Under the pieces are notes generated by a model that saw only the letters and a program-made list of their open reading frames with translations, did no database searches and had not been told where the DNA came from. The position numbers were made by a program, and so were the translations under genes. Shown here in pieces: positions 56,938-64,000 of a DNA stretch of 64,000 nt. The stretch lies in the sequence record MG655270.1. One strand, given 5' to 3'. The stretch's first letter is position 1. The number at the start of each line of letters is the position of its first letter.

Positions 56938-58089
56938 ATGCGTCAGTATTTGGATGGGATTCGTTACATCTTTGAGAACGGGTCACAACGAGGGGATCGC
57001 ACCGGGGTAGGTACGTTGTCGGTGTTCTCGATGAAGCAGACTTACGATCTGCGTCTGGGATTCCCACTGGTCACCAGTAAGAAAGTGCGTATCGATTTTA
57101 TTATCGAAGAGCTCATCTCCTTCCTGTCGGGTAATCCCGATATGCCGGGTGTGGGTATCTGGGATGATTGGCGTGTTAAAGACGAAGTCTCTCGTGAAGT
57201 CCCGTTAGAGAACCACGAGCGTTTAAAACTCTGGGTTGAGAAGTCGGACCTGAAGTATAACGTTGCTTACCTTCAACTCAATGCGATGGGTTCTGTCGAA
57301 GCGGGTCATCGTTTCCTGGATGAGCAAGGGATTCCACGTAACAGAAAAGAAGTACTGGTAGCAGAAGGTGCACTCAATGCACCCTATGGGCCAGCGTGGC
57401 GTGCGTGGAAAGGTCGTCAGGGCGAAGTGCATGATCAGATCGGTTATCTGCTCAAGCTGCTTAAAAACAATCCTACGAGCCGTCGTATGCTATTGTCTGC
57501 TTGGGACCCGGCGAACATGCCGGATGAGTCTATCAGCCCGCAGGATAACATCATTGATGGCAAGCCACCTCTGACTCCGTGTCATTGGGCGTTTGAGCTG
57601 TACACTGACGAAATCCTGGCAGAGGAACGCCTTGATTGGGTCGAAGCTAACGCACCTAGCCTCTGGGAAGACTACAATGATCGTTCAGGACGTGGTCAAT
57701 GGTTAGGCGACACAGACAGTAAGCGCCTTCATGAATTCCTGGACGAAGCCGGCGTACCGAAGTATTACCTGGATATGAAGTATCACCAACGTTCCTGTGA
57801 CTATATGGTTGGCGTGCCGTATAACATCGCCAGCTATGCGGTGTTGCAGCACATGTTCGCCGCCACCTGTAACATGATCCCGCGGATACTGGAAGCGGAT
57901 ATGACTAACATCCATATCTACAACTTCCACAAAACCAATGCGGTCATGCAGGCCAGTCGCAGCCCACGCGCACTACCCACTCTGAAGGTACTCGCCGCTC
58001 ACGATAAGTTGGAAGACTATACGTTGGAAGACTTTGAACTCGAAGGTTATGATCCGCATCCTTTTATTAAATATGAAAGAGCGGTCTGA
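56938..58089 (+). CDS. thyA: thymidylate synthase ThyA with two insertions
   Basis: DRTGVGT, PLVTSKK, SRR.LLSAW, TPCH catalytic Cys, YHQRSCD..GVPYNIASY, HIY. Confidence 0.96.
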   Translation: MRQYLDGIRYIFENGSQRGDRTGVGTLSVFSMKQTYDLRLGFPLVTSKKVRIDFIIEELISFLSGNPDMPGVGIWDDWRVKDEVSREVPLENHERLKLWVEKSDLKYNVAYLQLNAMGSVEAGHRFLDEQGIPRNRKEVLVAEGALNAPYGPAWRAWKGRQGEVHDQIGYLLKLLKNNPTSRRMLLSAWDPANMPDESISPQDNIIDGKPPLTPCHWAFELYTDEILAEERLDWVEANAPSLWEDYNDRSGRGQWLGDTDSKRLHEFLDEAGVPKYYLDMKYHQRSCDYMVGVPYNIASYAVLQHMFAATCNMIPRILEADMTNIHIYNFHKTNAVMQASRSPRALPTLKVLAAHDKLEDYTLEDFELEGYDPHPFIKYERAV

Positions 58090-58121
58090 TCCATTGGTGC
58101 GTTGAAGGGAGCACAACGGTA

Positions 58122-58487
58122 ATGAAGAGAGAGTCCAGTTACACCCTGGTCTTTGGGGAAGGTAGTACTGAAGAAGATGTCAATACCCTGCGTGAGATGG
58201 TGTCACACATGCGGGGGTTGACCGGGTTGTCGCAGCTGGGGGCGTTTGAGGTGTTCGTTACCCATTATGAATTGCAACGTAAAGACGCAGGGCTGATCAT
58301 CAGTGATCTTCCAGTGAATGCACAGTCGTTGTTTGATGTCAGTGATCGACAGAACTGGCTGACACCGCTGTTCACTTCCCGGGGGTTAGTGGCGTGTGAC
58401 TTGTTGTTGCTGTTGAAGCAAGGCAAATGGGCCGGAGAACACCTCAAGGTGACCTTTCGGGTAAAGGGTATCAGGGCGAAAGCATAA
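58122..58487 (+). CDS. hypothetical protein
   Basis: ORF between thyA and a terminator. Confidence 0.6.
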   Translation: MKRESSYTLVFGEGSTEEDVNTLREMVSHMRGLTGLSQLGAFEVFVTHYELQRKDAGLIISDLPVNAQSLFDVSDRQNWLTPLFTSRGLVACDLLLLLKQGKWAGEHLKVTFRVKGIRAKA

Positions 58488-58493
58488 CGCATA

Positions 58494-58521
58494 CGGAGGG
58501 GTCATTCCCTCCGCTATGCCG
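58494..58521 (+). terminator. hairpin plus CTATGCCG
   Basis: CGGAGGG-GTCATT-CCCTCCG. Confidence 0.7.
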
Positions 58522-58562
58522 ATTAAGTTTTTAACAAAGTTTACTGCAGATCTTTTCAGACC

Positions 58563-58570
58563 TATATCAC
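58563..58570 (+). promoter_or_regulatory. candidate early promoter TATATCAC
   Basis: CAGACCTATATCACG, near-identical to the 40015-40029 site. Confidence 0.5.
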
Positions 58571-58619
58571 GTCGGTGAATAACCTTTCACTAATTAACCA
58601 ATCCGTAAGGAGTTTTATC

Positions 58620-59996
58620 ATGGCTGCATTAAAATCTAAAGTTGAACTGTTTCACTGGTATCAGGAACTGAAAACTGAATTTAAAACCGGCAAGATTACC
58701 GTGTTCGAATTTGAGCGGCAAGTGCTCAGCGAAATTCTTTCCCTGACCGATACTGGTAAAACACCATCTACTGCCAAAATCAGTCTGGTAGTGGACATCC
58801 TTAATTCTGTGGTTTTTGATCATGTGTTTACCGCAGACGGTATCATTGACCTGGACAACATGCTCGCTCGTGAACACGTACGCAACATTTCGGAATTGAC
58901 GGCAGCACGCAATAACTTTATTACCATACAAGCCCAGGCCCGTCTGAACAAAGAAAAGGAACAGACTGCGAAACCAGCAGAGCAGAAGGCGTTTGCCAAG
59001 TTTCCAACGAAAGAAGAGCTCGAATATTGGGTTAATGCCAGAAAGCTATTCCGTTATGGTAACCCCAATACGCTCGGCACTGAAGCATACCAGGAGGTTG
59101 TCAAATACTGGCATCTGGTCGATAAATATCTGGGTACATTAAAACTGGAACTGGATCACACCGACCCTAACTACGTCGATAACATCCTGTTGATTGACTA
59201 CTTTGTATCGTTGGTCGCCAAGCAAGAGGTTCCTGAGGAAGAACGCAGGCATCTGAAAGACACACTTAGCAGTCTATATGCGTGCCCCATTAAAACCCCA
59301 CACATCGATGCATTTGTCGAACGTGACCAACACCCCCTTCCAGTTAAGCCAAAACAACCACCCATCGCGCAACAAGCCATCGACCGCGCTATTGCCTGGC
59401 GTGAAGAGGAAACCAAAACAAACCATCAGCAAAAAGACATATTACGAGAATTCGCCGATCAATACTGTCCGGTAATGGTGGCCAAGCAACATGCCACTCA
59501 GCAGTTGTTTGATTTCGTTGCTCGTGCGGTGAAACGTGTCTTGACCGCCATTGCTCAGCCAAACAACCCGGAAGACGCCGAGATGCTGGCAAAAGGTCAT
59601 GCCATCAACATTCTCAATGTTAAGCATGGTGTAATTGGTGTCAGTACCACGATTACCAGAAACGGTCTGGTCAAGTTACGCATCTTCGCTGAACGTGAAC
59701 TATGTAACGAGGACTACGGTATTCCGACTCTGTCGTATAATCAAGTCCGTCAATCACCTCATGCAACGTTCAGCATACCAATGCCGGCACTGATAGATGG
59801 GTTCATTAACATGTGGGATATCCCTAATCAGGCCCCTCGCCATATGCATAATAGCGTAGGCGGTATGTTGGGTAATCCCTATCCGTTACAGCAGCTTGAT
59901 GGTTTGATGTCAGCTATTGCAAGAGAAACAGCCGAGTACGGCGTTACGCCTACTTATGGCATGATCGAAGACAGCATGATTGTTGTGCTGCATTAA
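58620..59996 (+). CDS. modular hypothetical protein with duplicated helical domain shared with 60060
   Basis: AAGGAG RBS; WYQELK..F.TG.I and LIDYFVSLVAKQEVPEE motifs. Confidence 0.75.
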   Translation: MAALKSKVELFHWYQELKTEFKTGKITVFEFERQVLSEILSLTDTGKTPSTAKISLVVDILNSVVFDHVFTADGIIDLDNMLAREHVRNISELTAARNNFITIQAQARLNKEKEQTAKPAEQKAFAKFPTKEELEYWVNARKLFRYGNPNTLGTEAYQEVVKYWHLVDKYLGTLKLELDHTDPNYVDNILLIDYFVSLVAKQEVPEEERRHLKDTLSSLYACPIKTPHIDAFVERDQHPLPVKPKQPPIAQQAIDRAIAWREEETKTNHQQKDILREFADQYCPVMVAKQHATQQLFDFVARAVKRVLTAIAQPNNPEDAEMLAKGHAINILNVKHGVIGVSTTITRNGLVKLRIFAERELCNEDYGIPTLSYNQVRQSPHATFSIPMPALIDGFINMWDIPNQAPRHMHNSVGGMLGNPYPLQQLDGLMSAIARETAEYGVTPTYGMIEDSMIVVLH

Positions 59997-60002
59997 TTCA
60001 CA

Positions 60003-60034
60003 CGGGGAGGTTTCCCTCCCCCTTTTATTTTTTA
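60003..60034 (+). terminator. intrinsic terminator
   Basis: GGGGAGG-TTTC-CCTCCCC followed by a long T tract. Confidence 0.75.
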
Positions 60035-60059
60035 ATTAACCTACTGTGAGAATTTAACC

Positions 60060-60761
60060 ATGAACAAAGAAACTTATACTACCTGGTACAATGGATTAAA
60101 AGAAAGATTGGCGACTGGGCACATTAATCAAGAACACTACGAGACACTTATTGTTGACAATCTAAGTTCATTGATTACTCATTTCTTCAATAGTCGATAC
60201 GACGATGGTCATATGTCTCTGGAGGAGCATTTTGCGTTAGTTAATCATTATTTCGAACTGGTTGCTGATGCAGAAATATCAGAACGCAGTGCCATGCTCA
60301 TGGTACGTTCTGTAGCTAGCAGTATTCAAAAGCTACCAGCGGCTAAAGCCTTCGCAGAGAAACATAACACTCCGGCGCCGTCAATTAAAGAAATTCTTGG
60401 TAGTCGACCTGGTTTACTGCGTAAGCATGCTGCCAGCACGACCGAGAAGATGATAGGGTGTCCGGTGATCACCCAGGCCAACGAACCTGAGAACGAAGTA
60501 ACCATTGACTTACCCTGGAAATTGGCATTGCACGTTTACAAAGGGTTCCTGGTAAAGGCGCTGATGTCAAAGCACGGATATAAATACAGTGATGCGTATA
60601 ACTACATTACTGATCATCAGAACAAATACGACGAACTCTTGGCAGAAGTCCTCAACAACATTATTGCTAATGAGGAATCGCATCTGGTGTCGGTAGGTGG
60701 CGGCATCACTGCAGCGGGTACTGGTCTGGTGGTAAGCGGGATTATTAAGCCGGAGGAGTGA
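60060..60761 (+). CDS. helical domain fused to an RNA polymerase beta-prime-like fragment
   Basis: aa ~108-205 align in register with the beta-prime segment GKQGRFRQ...GRSVIT...LPKKMALELFKPF...ILDEVI. Confidence 0.7.
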   Translation: MNKETYTTWYNGLKERLATGHINQEHYETLIVDNLSSLITHFFNSRYDDGHMSLEEHFALVNHYFELVADAEISERSAMLMVRSVASSIQKLPAAKAFAEKHNTPAPSIKEILGSRPGLLRKHAASTTEKMIGCPVITQANEPENEVTIDLPWKLALHVYKGFLVKALMSKHGYKYSDAYNYITDHQNKYDELLAEVLNNIIANEESHLVSVGGGITAAGTGLVVSGIIKPEE

Positions 60762-61321
60762 TGAAAGGAGAGATAGAGACACGCTTCAGAAGACACTACG
60801 GCAACCACATTAAACGGGGTAGTGATATCGCAGTGCCTTTATACCACATTAGTCTACAGAATGACTTGGAGGGGCTATGGCGACCTAAAGCCCCTGACTC
60901 GCCATTTGATATTCCGAAGAAACCCAACATCATTACTGAAATGCCGCTCCCGCGTATCTGTGTAGCACCATCTATCGAACAGTGCTTCTGGGCAATCTAT
61001 CCCAATATCTCTAAGCTCTTTGAAGAGGAAGAATACGCAGCGGTTTGTTTTGCGGTTTATCAACCGATTCTGCATGCCGGTATTGCTGTCGTGGATACCA
61101 GTACGTTAACGCAATGCCGACTAGTGCACGATGCACATATTACCGGCGAGCATTGGTTACTTAGTGATACCACCATGTGTGTGATCGACTTTATTCAGGT
61201 TAATAACACCTCACACGGCGAGTTCGTAAAGTTCCATCCGTTTAATACCCCGGTTGGTAACGAATGGGAGCTCGCCCCTAAAAATGTTGTTTATCATTCA
61301 CTTAAATTAACGGAGTTGTAA
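60758..61321 (+). CDS. hypothetical protein, possible ADP-ribosyltransferase-like fold
   Basis: LYHIS / PRICVAPS / TGEHW motif spacing. Confidence 0.45.
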   Translation: MMKGEIETRFRRHYGNHIKRGSDIAVPLYHISLQNDLEGLWRPKAPDSPFDIPKKPNIITEMPLPRICVAPSIEQCFWAIYPNISKLFEEEEYAAVCFAVYQPILHAGIAVVDTSTLTQCRLVHDAHITGEHWLLSDTTMCVIDFIQVNNTSHGEFVKFHPFNTPVGNEWELAPKNVVYHSLKLTEL

Positions 61322-61325
61322 ATCC

Positions 61326-61970
61326 ATGGTAACTGCTAGAAAAGCTAATAAGACCTTAGGTGAGCACGCAGTGGCTCATGAGGCAGTAACACGCTTAGGT
61401 AGCAACAAGAAAGTCAAACCAGTTAAACCGCTTTGGACACTGGAGAACATCGAGGACAATCTGGTTGGTCAAGGCATCCTTGCCTACTTGAAACGCCACA
61501 CGTCGTTATCGATCCGTGATATCAACACCGCGGCTAACCGCCTGACGAAGATTGCTGATTCAGATATAAAGGAAGGGAAAGCGCGTGATTACGTGGCACG
61601 AGTTATTGGGTACAACAATTACGACGCTCTCAACGTCACCGTTCGTGCAGCGGTACCTGTGCGCAATCATGTACAACGTCGTAAAGCAAATCAGCCGGTC
61701 ACAGAGTTGTTGATAGAAGACGAAGAACTGCCGCCGGTAACACGTACTGAAATCAACCCCTTGGTGATGTTAGCCCTACAGCGTGAGATCTCTAAACGCG
61801 GCTTTCGTCTACTGGGTAAGAACTACCGGGCTTTCGTTAACAAGGATAACCCCGAGCACACCTTTACGTTGATGCAGGCGTATAACTACCTTGCCAAACA
61901 ACTGGGTTATCCGGATTATCACTCTATGCCCCGTCAATACCCAATCATTAACTTGCGCTACGTCGATTAA
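61326..61970 (+). CDS. protein with two 'glyoxalase superfamily'-type small helical repeats
   Basis: ARDYVARVIGYNNYDAL and AYNYLAKQLGYPDYHSM. Confidence 0.55.
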   Translation: MVTARKANKTLGEHAVAHEAVTRLGSNKKVKPVKPLWTLENIEDNLVGQGILAYLKRHTSLSIRDINTAANRLTKIADSDIKEGKARDYVARVIGYNNYDALNVTVRAAVPVRNHVQRRKANQPVTELLIEDEELPPVTRTEINPLVMLALQREISKRGFRLLGKNYRAFVNKDNPEHTFTLMQAYNYLAKQLGYPDYHSMPRQYPIINLRYVD

Positions 61971-61992
61971 CCTATTGTAAGGAATAAAGAAC

Positions 61993-62742
61993 ATGACAAC
62001 GACTTTCCCGAAAGAGATGAATGCTGCTTTCCATCCTGATAACGAACAAACCACCCAGCTGTGCAAAACGATCCAGCAGATCAGCGGGGTGGAGATCAAA
62101 CGTGTACATGTGGTGATGGCGATCCACCATTACAAACAAAACGATGCGGCACATCAGCCTGACCACATGCTGGCGGTCTTAGCAGAAGCAGCCCACATCA
62201 TCCAGTCGTTTCCTGACCTGGAGAAATGGCGCACCCAGATCATGTTAGGGTGTCTGTTCCATGACACCCACTGTCACATCGATCGGGATATGCACCACCT
62301 GCTAGGCGCCGAACATGCCCAAGAGGCATTACTGGAGTATGCGTGTGGTTATGGGATGTCACGTGCGGATGTCTACCTGATCAGTCAGGCCGTACTGGAG
62401 CATCGGGCTTCCTGGAAGTACCCGCGTATTAACCCTGTATCCAACGCTGTGGCGTCTGCAGATCGTGGCTACCCTGATCTAAAGAAATACATCCGTCGTG
62501 CTGTACAGTACCGTTACAAGCGCATGGCAGTCATCAACATGAACACCATCATCGATGAGTCGATCGAACACATGGTAGAGAAGTTCGGTGATGGCGGTTA
62601 TGCCTGGGAAAGCTACCCGACGTATGCAGCGGTGATGCACGGTGATGCGATTCAACAAGTGAAGCAACAACTGCGCAGTAAAGAAGGAAAGGCACAGCTC
62701 AAGGAGTACGCTGAACTCCACTTTGATGAGTGGGTAGAATAA
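61993..62742 (+). CDS. HD-domain phosphohydrolase
   Basis: HQPDH, LFHDTH, HHLLGA, EH, ASADR motifs. Confidence 0.88.
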   Translation: MTTTFPKEMNAAFHPDNEQTTQLCKTIQQISGVEIKRVHVVMAIHHYKQNDAAHQPDHMLAVLAEAAHIIQSFPDLEKWRTQIMLGCLFHDTHCHIDRDMHHLLGAEHAQEALLEYACGYGMSRADVYLISQAVLEHRASWKYPRINPVSNAVASADRGYPDLKKYIRRAVQYRYKRMAVINMNTIIDESIEHMVEKFGDGGYAWESYPTYAAVMHGDAIQQVKQQLRSKEGKAQLKEYAELHFDEWVE

Positions 62743-62750
62743 GCTACGTG

Positions 62751-62780
62751 GCCGGAGGATTACCTCCGGCTGTTATGCCT
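62751..62780 (+). terminator. hairpin plus TTATGCC
   Basis: GCCGGAGG-ATTA-CCTCCGGC. Confidence 0.7.
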
Positions 62781-62902
62781 GTTCTTTCTTCTTTGTAATT
62801 CTCAACACATTCGGTCTTTGTTATACAAAGGCTATAATCTTTGTCCCGAGCTAAGGGTAACGTGAACAGTTATGCTGGCTTACTTTTTAAAGGTATCTTT
62901 TC

Positions 62903-63433
62903 ATGGATGGTTTATTTAATCTCTCCTCATGGCAATCGATTTTACTTGTGGTAGTTGTACTCCTGCTGTGGGCGTATTACCAACGACTTCAACACCTGCG
63001 TCGTAAGTATCATCGCCGTAATGAACGCATGATGGCGCAGAGCGTGGTCATGACATCCCGGCTGTTACTGAGTACCTTCTCGGAGATTGTGGAACGCGCT
63101 AAAGAGGAGGACATCTACCAGCGTGATCCTAACTCCCCGATTGCGGCAGACCGGGCCAGTGCGATGGCCTGCTCCTCCATCTTCAGTGGGTTGTATAACC
63201 TGGTTGTGGTGCCCGTCACCACCCTTGATCCGGTGTTCAACGATTTATTGATTACCGGTACTGAGCGGGAAGATGTTGAGGAAGGGGTCTTTGTGTCGTT
63301 TTATTTGGGTGAACAGCGTAATGATGTGGTTAGGCATTTTATACCCGACCGGTCGTTACAGGCCTTTATCACCCAAACGCGTGCCTTCAGTGCTTACCTG
63401 CGACAGGCTGCGAATACAAAACCACCACAATGA
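62903..63433 (+). CDS. single-TM protein, paralog of 63442
   Basis: N-terminal TM then LW.YYQRL..L. Confidence 0.7.
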   Translation: MDGLFNLSSWQSILLVVVVLLLWAYYQRLQHLRRKYHRRNERMMAQSVVMTSRLLLSTFSEIVERAKEEDIYQRDPNSPIAADRASAMACSSIFSGLYNLVVVPVTTLDPVFNDLLITGTEREDVEEGVFVSFYLGEQRNDVVRHFIPDRSLQAFITQTRAFSAYLRQAANTKPPQ

Positions 63434-63441
63434 GGTGACAC

Positions 63442-63972
63442 ATGACCAATTATGGTTTTCTGCTGAACACAGTACTTCTGGCTTTTCTTATTTGGTTTGG
63501 TTACCGACTGCACACGTTGGTAAACAACAGCGAGAAAGCCACCCTCGCCGCTGATCATAACGCCAAGCTGCGCTTCCTGACCTATGCAGCCCGGCAGATA
63601 ATGAGTGACTTGTATACGTCGCTCAATCTTCCGACGCTCACCGGGTGTGCGAAGATGTATCTACGCGATGACGGCAAGCTTGATAATATTGAAGTCATTA
63701 TGCGACTCTTCATGAAAACCCATAATGAGATTATTACCAAGCTCTCCGAGGGATTGGTGTCGGATCATTTGAAGATCACCGATGTTAAAGTTACCCATGA
63801 TCTGGTGACCAACGAAGTGCTCATCACACTCTTGTATCCGAATAAAGTCACTGACATCCTGGTCTTCCATCATAACCACCTGGCGCAGGCGATCTACCAA
63901 CTGGATCGATTGCAGCATCGGCTCTCAACGTTCCACAAAGCGGTGCCGAACCGCGACCTGTACCAACTCTAA
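63442..63972 (+). CDS. single-TM protein, paralog of 62903
   Basis: N-terminal TM then IWFGYRL..L. Confidence 0.7.
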   Translation: MTNYGFLLNTVLLAFLIWFGYRLHTLVNNSEKATLAADHNAKLRFLTYAARQIMSDLYTSLNLPTLTGCAKMYLRDDGKLDNIEVIMRLFMKTHNEIITKLSEGLVSDHLKITDVKVTHDLVTNEVLITLLYPNKVTDILVFHHNHLAQAIYQLDRLQHRLSTFHKAVPNRDLYQL

Positions 63973-63977
63973 ACCAA

Positions 63978-64000
63978 GGGAGGGCTTCGGCTCTCCCTTA
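63978..64000 (+). terminator. hairpin at the window end
   Basis: GGGAGGGC-TTCG-GCTCTCCC-TTA, truncated by the window. Confidence 0.6.

Noticed and set aside
56938-58089. ThyA as a dCMP/dUMP hydroxymethylase for base modification
   Set aside because: It retains the ThyA Asn (GVPYN) and there are no neighbouring modification genes.
1-64000. CRISPR array, tRNA genes, IS elements, integrase
   Set aside because: No regularly spaced direct repeats, cloverleaf or transposase motifs were seen. The hairpin-TATGCCG copies are dispersed and have variable stems. tRNAscan was not run.
1-64000. Alternative genetic code (stop-codon reassignment)
   Set aside because: Long genes translate cleanly in code 11, and TAA, TAG and TGA all end genes at sensible boundaries.

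Overview
This 64 kb window is part of a phiKZ-like jumbo myophage genome (Chimalliviridae-type, roughly 50% GC). The host is probably a Gram-negative gammaproteobacterium, judging by the spanins, SspB and RtcB. Bases 1-31,300 are core genes: a non-virion RNA polymerase beta N-terminal subunit, a Q-rich low-complexity protein, the probable portal, baseplate and tail structural paralog families, a RuvC-like resolvase, a holin candidate, overlapping i-/o-spanins, the central spike and an SbcC/Rad50 ATPase. Bases 31,300-64,000 are a co-directional accessory region of about 55 mostly small genes. It includes a signal-peptide lytic transglycosylase, GNAT, SspB, a TPM-like plus LemA-like membrane pair, a frameshifted TOPRIM gene, RtcB, a Kelch protein, an Ntn/HslV-like protein, a free-standing HNH, a DEDD exonuclease, ThyA with duplicated inserts, an HD hydrolase and many tandem paralogs. 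Most notable: (i) ORF 60060-60761 carries an isolated RNA polymerase beta-prime fragment fused to a helical module shared with its neighbour; (ii) 14 GC-rich hairpins are each followed by a TATGCC(G) tail; (iii) several genes look like catalytically degenerate copies of enzymes. All product calls come from motif recognition by eye. No database searches were run.
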